Assembly: GCF_052425735.1 (NCBI RefSeq)
Contig: NC_135764.1
Location: 32,922,001-32,986,000 of the forward strand
Length of the DNA: 64,000 nt
Direction: 5' to 3'
Origin: Oculina patagonica
Taxonomy: Eukaryota
Shown: one piece after another, positions 11,501 through 22,800 of the stretch
Layout of the letters: every line of letters begins with the position of its first letter
Numbering within the stretch: position 1 is the first letter of the stretch
The notes under the pieces: generated by a model
Databases searched by the model: none
Told to the model about the DNA's origin: nothing
The model's input: only the letters and a program-made list of their open reading frames with translations
Position numbers and translations under genes: made by a program

Positions 11501-13672
11501 GGGTTCCATTCCCGTCGGGGACTCAGAATTTTTCTTTGTCCCATGCTTGTGTCATGTTGAACATCTTATATTTATTATCAAATTTCTCCTCCCACTAGCA
11601 ATACTTAATTAAGAGAAAAGGTTATGAGAATTAAAAAATCATCACCAGAGGGAGATTGCTTTGTTCTTTTAACAAATTCTCCCAACTAATAGCATAAGAA
11701 AATGTGTGCAGATCAGTCAGGAGAATTTGTACATGGATATTGAAGCTTACCTGGTGGCAATTGCTAGAACACATATTGTCCTTTATATTCTTGGCAACAT
11801 CACACACCTGCAACAGAAAATATATATACTGGTAACTTCAAATATCACAGGATTTAGAAATTATGGTAGTCTAGAATAAAATGGAATTGCCTTATAATTG
11901 TGGTGAATTCCTTATGTACAACACTGAGTCACCTAAGCAAATGACAAATTATCCCTTAACAACAATATTGTTAGTCAAGGAAAAAGTACTAGACCAGTTG
12001 ATAGCAAAATCCCACCAAAGTTTTCAGATGTTTATAAGTTAAACAGTAAGCTCCCCCAGACATAATATCATCTTAATAATATTTCTCAACTTTCTCTTTA
12101 TGCATTACATTACCTGTATACTTGAATTTGAATTCTTCAGTAGTCCATTAACAAACTTGTCAGCGCATGAGGATTTATCTTGCTCAATACACAGTGACTT
12201 GAGAACTTCATTCACAAAATGGACATACATTCTGTCACTTTCCTAGACCAAGTTCAAATAAATAGGTTTATGTGCGAAACTAACAGTGAAAATGGAGAAG
12301 CATAGAAGAAAAGCAGACCATATTAAGTTAAGATTACTAAACTGTTCCATGCATTGTCACTGATCAACAGCCACTACATAAGTAACAACATCCATGCAAA
12401 TCCCTTCCATGCAAAACCACTACTGGCAACTATTATAGCCACAGCTGAGTATATCCCAGCAAACTAAGCCAGCTAAATTTACCTAACCAGGGTAGCTTGT
12501 CTAATGTATTCAGGCCCTTAAATATAGTTTCAAGGTTTTGATTCTCTATTTATCAGGGGGGAGGGAACTCCCATATAAAAGTATCAGGAATGCTTGCTGT
12601 AAATTTACAGCAACACCCTTAAATATTCCAATCCAATTTGAGTGGTTTGGTTCAAGTGAATTTTTACCCATAAGTGTGTAAGATGTAACTTTAACGTGCA
12701 ACAAATAAGTTGTCTGCTAACGGTTTCTGACACAGCTAAATGGGGAAAGATTTGTTGTGCCAAGTGTTTCCGCAACAATGTTAGCAAGCTCATTCCCAGG
12801 GTCTCTCCTCCCCCCCCTCCCCCCCCCAAGATCAGATCCAGCGAGAGCTCTGGGGGGCGAGGAGAAAGAGGTTGCAATGTTAGCATTATCGTTTTTGTTT
12901 TGTTATTTGTGTTTTTTTGTCTGGGTCATGTCTCTTGGCTGGTAAGTAGCTGTGTTACCTATCACAAAAGGACTGTACAATTCTTTCACCACTTAGCTTG
13001 CAGGAAAAAGAGTTCAGAAGTAATTGTACTTTTCTGCAGCAAGAAAATGTTTCTGAAGCACATTTTCTCAGACAACTTATTTGTGTCATATTGTCATATT
13101 CTCCACGACAAGCACAGCCATAATATCAAATTCCCTCCAGGCAAGGCACAGGGAACCCAACGCCCAGGAAACCCACCATGTACTCAACGTTTTGATGTGA
13201 CTGGTAGACAACATTTGATTACCTTTACGGCTGATTGTCCTGAATGAATGCACCTGTCGACAACAGATTGCATTGTTTTCCAGCATTGCTTTTTGCACAA
13301 GTTCCTCACTGTATTCTGCACTTTTTTAAACCATCCTTTCAAAATCAAATCTGATTTCACTGTTTTATAAAAACAATTATAACTTCCACTGGGGCAGCTT
13401 CCTGACAACAGTTTAAGTTTCGCAAATTCATTTGCAGATGTAGAAGATATAAGGTTAGCGGCAACTGATTTGCAGTCTTGATAAGTCTTGTTCAAATCTG
13501 CACACTTCCCAAAATCCGGCGAAACTTTCAAGATGATGTCATCTTTAAAACTGATTCCATAAGGCTTCAAAAAAACACTGTAGATCTCTAATTCTTTTGA
13601 GGAATACAAGGCAAAAATAAACTTGAAAATGCACAGGTGGAGAAATAAACCAATAAAAGTAATGTTCTTCAT
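8516..13672 (-). CDS. Uncharacterised Cys-rich single-pass (type I) membrane protein, 353 aa. Exons: 13672-13223, 12242-12114, 11807-11751, 10646-10576, 9680-9593, 8782-8516
   Basis: Six GT-AG exons join in frame (1062 nt). The protein has an N-terminal hydrophobic signal, about 18 ectodomain Cys, a Ser/Thr stalk, TM IAGIVIAVLICLGMALIAGNYMY, a basic stop-transfer RRIKRK, and the tail FEDYGYSRLKMLEDDFYYDVEDDDENTGLVQA*. Confidence 0.85.
8826..8968 (-). mobile_element. 5'-truncated 3' end of an RTE-like non-LTR retrotransposon
   Basis: The minus strand encodes a decayed TVETER..G....AA...A.DRDGWR, resembling an RTE ORF C-terminus, with stops and frameshifts. It is followed by a TAAGTAGTAAGTAAGTAG tandem tail. 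Confidence 0.6.
9060..9260 (+). mobile_element. tRNA-derived SINE (decayed)
   Basis: GGAGGCAGTGG head with a degenerate B box (GGTTTAAACC), then CACTAGCTGGATTTGTTCTCGGT..CCCGAGTTCAAA..AGCCAACTGGTCTGCCTCC. Confidence 0.65.
11193..11576. mobile_element. Inverted twin tRNA-derived SINE insertion with a 12-bp target-site duplication
   Basis: Two 141-bp inverted arms (11234-11374 and 11436-11576), each with A/B boxes. They are flanked by ATCAAATTTCTC at 11181-11192 and 11577-11588. Confidence 0.85.
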
Positions 13673-13853
13673 GGCAAGTGATCGAAACTAAGAAGTTTTC
13701 ACTTCCTACTTCTCCGCGAATTACGCCATTTTGTTTCCTTTGTTTCTACGTGTCAGATTACCACTTGTCAGCGGCTTGTATATTAGTACCAGTCTCCTAT
13801 AGCTCGCGCGGTTAATATGGCGGACGAATCTTCCTCAACTTCAGCTTTCTAAC
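13673..13853. promoter_or_regulatory. Bidirectional promoter between the membrane-protein gene and LCMT2
   Basis: Head-to-head start codons about 180 bp apart. CpG-rich, with YY1-like CGCCATTTT (~13725) and AATATGGCGG (~13814). Confidence 0.65.
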
Positions 13854-16800
13854 ATGGATCAGTTTCAAGGCAAGAGAGACGTTCAGGTACATTGATTCCA
13901 TGTTTTTGCAATTAAATTCTGTTGCCTTCTAAGGAAGTAATATCTTTTTTGTATAAATTTGCCAACGTGCATATTTTACAGTTTCCGTCATTTGACTCCT
14001 TTCTAGCCTATGACGATGAGTTATAAAAGCTTTACTAATTTTAAAACCTGAATGAATGAAAATTAGACGATATAAGTTTATAAAAACCAGTTTTTCCGCC
14101 CATCGTAGTCAATCAATATCAATAGATATTAATCACCTGGCATTATTCAACGAAGTATTGTTATGATGGGCCATTCCATTTTATATCCATCCCCCCCCCC
14201 CCCCCTATTGATGAGGTAAGTCAATATTTACCCCCTAAGAAAAAAAGATCAAAGTGCCGACATGATACCCCCCCTTCAGAAATAACCCAGGTTTTTCAAA
14301 GCCCTTCAGAAAAAAAGGCAACTTTTCCGTAACCCCTTCAAAAATCTTTGAAAGATCAAAGAATGCCGACAGGGCTACCCCCTCAGAAATGACTTTCAAA
14401 GCCCTTTTCAGAAAATCTCATCTATAGGGGGTGTATGGATATAAAATGGAATGGCCCTATTAGATTAATGATTAATCAGATTAGAGCATTTTTCCTGGAA
14501 CTAAAGCACTGTTTTCATCTTGCTACAGGTCCAAGGAACAAATGATCGTGCTACATTAAGCAAGTTCTCCACTGTGACACAAGGATACTATGAAGACAAG
14601 TTCCTCCAGTATTTTGTCTCCAAAGCTTCTAGAAGAGCACCTATTATTCATAGGTTAGTGGAGATCAATAATAACTAATATTATTGGTATTTAATTAATA
14701 TTAACTTAATATTGACTCATTCCAATAATTAAATTGTTGTATAATTACCGGTAACTGAATGTCAATTTCAGCTAGGATATAAGCAAACTTAATTGATTAT
14801 CACCACGGGTAGGCAACTCTTACAAGGAAACGGTCAGTAATACATAAAATCTCCCCGTATATTCTGGCACATTTCCCCCTGGGAAAGAAAATTATAGTCC
14901 CCCATGGAGTAACAGGTACAGTCCTCTCCCTGTGTATAAGTTCTGATATCTACCCTGTTGCAGGTCATATTACATAAGGACCAAGGCAATTCATTATATG
15001 GTGAAAGGATTTCTACGGAGCCTAAGGCTTAAAAGTTCTCACAAACAGGTATATATAAGGCCATTTTCATTTTATTAAGTTCAAATATGTGACAGTCTCT
15101 AGGGATGTAGGTTGAAGCTGGTCATCACAAAAAAAACTAAATGTGACAACTTCTTTTTTTTTTAAAAAAAAAAAAGAAAGAATATTTATTTAGGTATGGA
15201 GTAGTTTAGGGTCACCCACATCTGCTGCACCTTGACATTTCATGGCCACTGCACAGGTGGCCCAATAGCTAAGAGAGTTTGAATTTGGTGTAAGTGAATG
15301 GCCCATGCTCAATCCAAATTCACATTACTTTTCTAAGATATTGGATGATACCATTAGTTGGTAAAGGGGGGGGAGGCTTTTTCTCCAACTATACCAGCCA
15401 GTTATGAAATTTTGCTCAAAAATTGTCAAATACTTAGTAAATGGGATAAAAAAATGTTTGAAAGATTTCTTGAGTTGTGCAGCACATTTCAGAGATATGT
15501 ACAAAGTCATGCCCTGCTTCAATGGTATATTTTTATCTGACATTTTAATCTCTGTCAATTTCTTCATCTTAGATTGTTTCTCTGGGAGCAGGATTTGACA
15601 CACTTTTCTTTTCACTTGTCAGTGAAGGTCTTTTGAAAGACACAAAATATTTTGAGGTAAGCTACCACTGCCATCGTACAGTAGAATCACATGTCTGGTA
15701 ATAATTTTGAATTTACATTTAGTTGATATCTCTTCTTCATCTGATACTATAAATTTACTTTTAATAATAATATCCACAGGTTGATTTTCCAGAGGTTGTC
15801 AAACAGAAAGCTTCTTTAATTCTACAACACAAAGAATTATCCCAAGCACTTGGAACAATCACTTCAAGAAATGAAGAGTGGCTCGGGGGAGGTGAGTAAC
15901 TCATCTCCTCTCCCTCCTGCCCCTTCCTCCCTCCCCTCTCAGATTCTCTTCTTTTCTCCTCTCCTCTCCTTGCCTTATCCCTCCCCTCCCCTCCTAATGG
16001 TTGAAAACTAATCTTGTTCCCAGATCTCTTGTGTCTCCTGGTTCTCCGGTTTTATCTCCCTCCACAAAAACCAACACTCCAAATTCCAATTGGACCTTGG
16101 ATGCACGTACACGTCTTAACAAACTCCTGAGCTCTTTTGGTCACATGGGTAAATAAATAACATTTACATTTTACATTAACAAGATGAGTCGAAATTAGTT
16201 AAAAACTGCTTGAGAGAAAAACTAAGTCATGTACCAGTGAGTTTATGTTATTACACTGCTGCTATTTATTGATGTAACCTTAATGAAGTTGATTTGTAAT
16301 GAATTTGGCTTGCTTTGTTCTAATGAACAGGTATTGACAGTGAGAAGTACTCTCTACTGGGATGCAACCTGAAGAATCGACCAGCACTAGAGAGCAGCCT
16401 ACAGAAATGTGGACTAAATACCTCATTACCTACTCTGCTACTGTCTGAAGTTGTGCTGACATATATGGACCCTCCACAAAGGTATCCACAGACTGTTCCA
16501 TTTCACTTAAACAGCAGAACATATGTAAAATAAGAGAGATTTATTATATAGAGAGGGAGACATGGTGGACAAATAGTTAGCGTGCTGGACTCAGGATTGA
16601 GTGGTCTGGGTTGGGGCCCTGGCCGGGGTCTTTGCATTGTGTTCTTGGGCAAGACACTTTACTCTCACAGTGCCTCTCTCCACCCAGGTGTATGTAATGA
16701 ATTTATTGCTGCGAGGAAACCCTGTGATGGACTAGCATCCCATCCAGAGGGAAGAAGAAATACTCCTAGGTTCTTCATGCTACTGAAACCAGGATAAGCT

Positions 16801-19800
16801 CCGACCTGATGGGCCACTAGGCACGAACACAGACTTTACCCTTTTCTATAATATGGAATAATTAAATAAATGCTAATTTTAAGAATTTGGTGCCACATCA
16901 AGACAATACCCCCTTGTTGATGATTTCCTTTATTCTCATCACCTGTCTGCTTGACAAAGTATTCATATTGTAAGGAGAGATAAGACGTTGATCACTGTGT
17001 AATTTTCTGGTTCTTACATGAAGTTCAACAGCCATAATTGGATGGGCGGCACAGTTCTTCACATCTGCAATGTTTGTAATGTTTGAGCAGGTGAGTGAAT
17101 GAAGGATCTGTTATGTTTAGCAAGCTGTTTACTGCATAGTTTCGCAGTTTTGCGCCATCTTGTATGGAGGGGCATGTGTTTTAGAATACAGTGTTAAAAA
17201 TATCCTTTCTCATCAAAATTTAAAACTGTAAATGTGCTGGGAAGCCTGCATTCGCCCTTTTTTAGTTTCCTGTATAATTGTCAGCAACACAGAAAAGTTG
17301 AATATAAGCTTAAAGCAGTTGCTCTTTTCTCTCAAGCAAGTTAGCAGGCTGCTCGTGCTCAGACTTGCTCCAAGCTCGTGCAAATGTGGGACTGTTTTAT
17401 TTGTAGGTTACAATACTTTTAATAGTAAGATATGGCCTCACATGTGTACGAATATGTACAGTTATTTCGATCGCAAAAATCTTTTATATTGTCAAAGAAA
17501 TCTATTTAACATTTAAAATAAATTCGTTTTTGTTGTCTCTAGGTATCCCCTTGTGACCCATTTGGAATAAAAATGTAAGTACATAAAGTTGTAATTTGAA
17601 AACAGTTAGATCCTTAATCGACTCTTTTTTAGCTTTGTACGTAGAGGCATTATTTTGGTGTTATTTAAATTTCGCGATCGCAACTCCACGCCATGCGAAG
17701 GCAGTTTTCAATTACTTGGTGTTCTTGGTTTGAGTTTTTTACTAGATATCGTCTTTGTCGCCGCAAAAACAAATTAGCTGCGAGCAGTGCCAGTAATTGT
17801 AATAATCGCTTGCGGTAAAATATGTTATGTACATTCCCTCATAAGGCATTTAATACATAGACAACATAAAAATAAAATGATGTACTTTTCGATCTCTCGA
17901 ACAAAGGGTCTGTCTGAAGCTTAGCAAGGAACAAACGGTGTGTTTGTGGCGTAATATCTTTGTCAAACAAAGAATGTCCATTTCCGATATTTTCTTATTT
18001 TATTTTTGTTTTCAGAGTTGTCTTTGTCGGTCTTTGTCATATTGATCACCGTTTCTTTGTTTAAAGCAAGACAAGCAAATAAAAAAAGGAAGAACTAATG
18101 AGTTTTTCTGTGTACAGCTTGCCACTGGAACTGCTCACTTAATTGAAATTGCTAGCCACATGGAAAGACTGTTCAGGCATAATAACTTCCAGCGAAAACT
18201 GGGCAAAGTGAGCTTGGCAGCAACCCACTTCTTTTTTTAAATTGTCTTACGTTATTTTTGACGGTATCGTTTTATGCTTTTGTTTGTTTTGTTCTTTTTT
18301 TTTTTTCAATTCTCTGAAATAATGGTACAGGTTCAGATCTCTACGCTTATGAGAAAAAAAAAACTTCGCCTTTCTTCTAACTGGAACATAATTCTTTGTA
18401 ACAGCTCTCTACAACTGGCCACTGATAAAATCACCCTAACGCTTGTGTTTGAATGGAGTTCATCCTTCTTTTTTTTCTTGAACCGTAGAAAACGTTCCGT
18501 CATGGAACCGCTTTAATTTTAAACAAACTGTATCAACCCATCGAAATCACTATGTTCCCCATTCCTTTCCCGAAATGTCTCCAAAACTTCGATGGTCAAA
18601 AAATTCCCCATCATACGATTTCAAAGACGTTTTTTTGCCTTGCTCTAATAGGCTTCCAACAGTTTTTGATTTAGTTTTTACAGGTTAGAATTTTTTTGTA
18701 AGTATCTCGGAACCGTTTCTGCATAACACCGTAGATCAGAGGATTAATCGCGCAACTTGCCGCGCCTGTAAAAGGCAAAATTAGGTAAACTTGACGAGCT
18801 AGACTGTATTCTCCTTGTAGTGTGTCCAGAAATTCGATTGTGAATCCAGGAGTCCAGCAAATCACAAACGCAATCAATACAGCAAAGAGAATTTTCGTGA
18901 TTTTGACCTCTTCCGCGAAGGATTTCGCATTGTCTTCGTGGAGACTAGAAGTTGCAATCTGCGTAAAATGAGAACGAACTTTGCGGAACACTTTGTAATA
19001 GCAAAATATTATGACTGGATAAGTCATAGCAATTAAAACCGAGTACGGCCCGAGGATAAGGGCTTGCTCTTTCTTGTTTCGACTCTTGCAAACGAAGCAT
19101 GCTAGTTTTCCGGGATGAAAACAAAACCTCTGCGATACAAATGGAATTACGAACACTCCAGAAAAGATGGCACATGCTGCGATAGACAGAAGTACGCAAT
19201 TCCGTGTGTAGGCCTTTTGATAGATGTTGACCGACCGGATCATTTTTACATAACGATTTAGTGCGATAAGCGTAAAAGTCAGCACCGAGAAGCACGCAAA
19301 GTAATAAGTTACGATGCCTTGTATCTGACAAAGCGCATCACCAAACGGCCATCTTCCAAGAATCACCACAGCTAAACCCATAGGAACACAAAGAACAGTC
19401 AATATTAAGTCCGACATCGCTAATGCCACAATATAGTAGTTCTGAATTTTACGAAGCGCCCGACATCTGTAGATCGCCAAGCAAAGAATTATATTTCCTA
19501 TCGTGGCCAATATTACGATGATAAAGGCGCCAGTAGTCTCCGCAGCAATCATCCATGTTTCTCTGTTTCCGAGTGATTCCTCGATGCTTCTTTTTCTGTC
19601 TAAAGTGTCAGGCATTCTGTTGATTAAAAAGAATCTGTTTCTGTTGCTATTTTCAAATTGCAATGAATAGATTTCATATCCCCATCTGCTCTTTAGGTCT
19701 CAATTTACTTACAATATTTGTTTTTAAGGAGGCAACCCATATTGAGATCGCCGTAACATGACACTTTATTTGCAGTTTTTCATAAGTTCTTAATTTAATT

Positions 19801-22800
19801 TCTAATACCCAGAGCATACTAATTAGTCGTATTTAGACAGCTGTCTTGCTAGAATTTAATTTCAAAGAAGCGAAGATGTCAAACACTAGTTATAATTGCG
19901 CATTAAAAATTGAACTGCAAAATTTTAACGTTAAAACTCCATTTCCTTAACTGACTAATTGCTGGCAGATATTTCCGCAATTGGCGAAAGAACTATTTCC
20001 CAGCCTGTCTTAATCTTACTATTTACTAAACGACTATCATTTAATTTTTGCAGTCTCGGGGAACGAAGAAAAAAATCGCGCCGGCATTTGTGATTTTCTA
20101 GCCTCTGGGTCTTTAGACTGTCCACAGCTCTCTATTTTTCGTGTTTTTTCGATCGATGAGCGCGCGATGAGAATGCCGAAAGAACTGGACGCCGGCGCAA
20201 AATGTTTGCTTTTTTGCTTTTTTGCGTTGAAAAATCGAGAGGCTGTGGACAGTTTACTGGGTCTTGTGCGTGACCGATTTTTTTAAAATTTGAACTAGCG
20301 AATGTTTCGTGGAGAAACTGCGGTTGTGGGTTGTAAGGATATGCGATCGATTTTGTGAAGTCTCGCTTTTTGTACCCCCTTTCATGTTAGCTGCCTACGT
20401 TTTTCTCAGTGGTTAATTTTTATTCTCAATTTTGCTATTAGAAACGGCCTATCCCTAATTATTTTTCATATTTGTTTTGGTGTTTACACACTCACAAGCA
20501 AGGGACAATATTTAGTCTTTTCTCAGTAAGAGGTCTCAGCTGGGTGAACTTTTCTTGGAAGTTATCACTGGACCAGTCGGGGAAATAAGTGCCAGTTTTT
20601 CCAAATCTTTGTTGAAGCACTAAAGAATTTCCGAATTATTTCATCCAATCAAAAACTTGCGCGAGCGCTCACGAGTACTCCGAGAGCCTTCGCGCGTGCA
20701 AATACGTTATGTTGCTTAGCAACTTCTGGGACGAAAACCGCGGGCTCAGTCACTTCTTGGAGAAGTGATGTCGCCATCAACCGGAAGTTCCAGAAAACTG
20801 CTACAAAAAAAATAAAAAAAGGAAACCAAAATAGCGAGGGTGTGCACTGCGGCTTACCTTTTTCATGTTTCTGCAGATTTTTAAATTTGTGTTTAATATT
20901 TTCGTGGCTGGTCTGACACGCATGTTTCGTCTCCGCCAAGAGACTCATCAGAGACCTTTCGGTGAAAGCTAACTCGTCGAACATCGCGTTCGAAGTCCCG
21001 CTAGCGTCGAAATGATGGTGCAATCTGGCCTTACATCGCGTAAGCATTCCCAATTGCGTAACGTGGTATAAGTATTATCACGTGTAAACAAAAAATAGTC
21101 GAGTTATATCGAATTTTATTTTTTCCCGTCATTTACGCGGCCAGAGACATGAAATTAAATTTCGCAAGGCCAAATTACGAATAACACAGTTGTGATTGCT
21201 TAATATATAATTACATAATTGGATAGTTTTAATTTCTGGGAAACACTTGGCCCAGTTGTAAAAAAGGAATAACTTAAACTGGAGGATAACTCCCGGCAGT
21301 CATCATTATTCATTGAATAAATCTATCCATCATTTAAACTACGGGGGTGGTGGGGACCCGGAGTGCAAAGGTGAGGCCGGCCCGGATAGAAACTACACCC
21401 GACTAAATGTTTCGGCCTTTACCGAAAAGATTGGACCTAGGCCCCTCCCCTGGGGCCGCCACAGCTTGCACTGTTTGTGGATCTGCAGTTCAAATGTAAT
21501 ATGATTTTAATAGTTTACATAAAATAAACCTGAAAATGGTAGAAACTGACCGACTTTTATGGTTCGCAGGATAAACCATTTTAAACATTCAGTTGGTGCA
21601 CCTCTGCATGCCACTGAAGCTTTTCCAACTCGACAAAGTCAAATCCAGCGATTCATGGAAGAGGTTAGTTAAAAAAGATTAATATTAGTTATTTCTTATT
21701 TTTTTCCGCGATGAATGTGTTCCTTGTGTATCAGTCGGTGATAAAAAAAACTTCAGAGTAAATATTAAATAGCTTGATTTTCGGAATAAAAACGTTCGTA
21801 CTCTCTTAGCTTTACAGTTATGAAGTTTTCTTTTATTTTTTCTTACATCATTTAATATACGAACTTTCACGTCCTCTGTAGGGCTGGCCTTTAGTCCATT
21901 GTCCCACTTTGAACTTCTTCTACTACGATACGTTACCAAAGGAGGAAAAAGTTCGATTGGAAGATTTGGAACCTTTTGATGAGTTTGAGGTGTTGATTTT
22001 ACGTCCTGTTTCCTTTTTACTGAGCAATTTTGAAGTAAACAGCACATTGCTTTACAGTTAGTTTCTTAGCAAAACCTGATGCCATCGCGACCCTATCAAT
22101 CAAACTTGGCGCTAAACGTAAAGGTAGCTTGTCATTCGCCCACCTCTTCACGTATTCGCATTGTCACGCAACACTACTCTCTACTTTCGGCTCCTTCTAC
22201 CCGCAATACGGCATTCGGCCAATCACAGTCGGGCTAGAAACGTTGTGTGACGACCAAAATAACAGTTTCGAAGATGAGTCGCTAGCTGCGCTATTAGCCA
22301 GGGTTTGTTTAGACTGAATTGGTTGTGAAACAAGGCTTGCCTATTAAAGGCCCACGACTCTTGAACATTCACTGTACCTATTCCTTGTATTATTCGTCAA
22401 TAATATGAGCTGAATAAAATTATTATTATTATTATTGTACCCGGACTGTAGCATTTTCTTCTCGTCTTTTTTCTAGGAATGGCACCTGATGTGTTCACAC
22501 TACATGGTCCTCTCAGCTTTCAAAGGATCCTGCCAGGATATCAAAGATGAGCTGTTTTATCAGCAAAATGGTAAATATTTTACCAACCAGTATTGAAATT
22601 AATTTAACTCTAACTATAACGAACAATTCAACCAACCAACTAACCAACGACGAACTTTCACTTTATTTAAAGGGACACTGTCACCAGTTTCACTTCAATG
22701 AAAAACTCAAGAGCCTAAAGACATATGGAAACTACGAATAGTGGTCCAATTTTGTTAAAAATCACCATGCAAGTGTTCTGAAGCGATAAACAAGTGTTAT

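Noticed and set aside
11285-11525. Two tRNA genes
   Set aside because: They have A/B boxes but imperfect acceptor and anticodon stems and no U33. They are embedded in inverted arms with a TSD, so they are SINE-derived.
18671-19663. Opsin; also the longer TTG-started ORF
   Set aside because: The position equivalent to retinal-binding Lys296 is Ala. The first 16 codons are intronic acceptor sequence.
20649-21053. 134-aa ORF across the hammerhead
   Set aside because: It has a non-ATG start, runs through a splice donor and T-rich intron-like sequence, and has no RT or endonuclease motifs.
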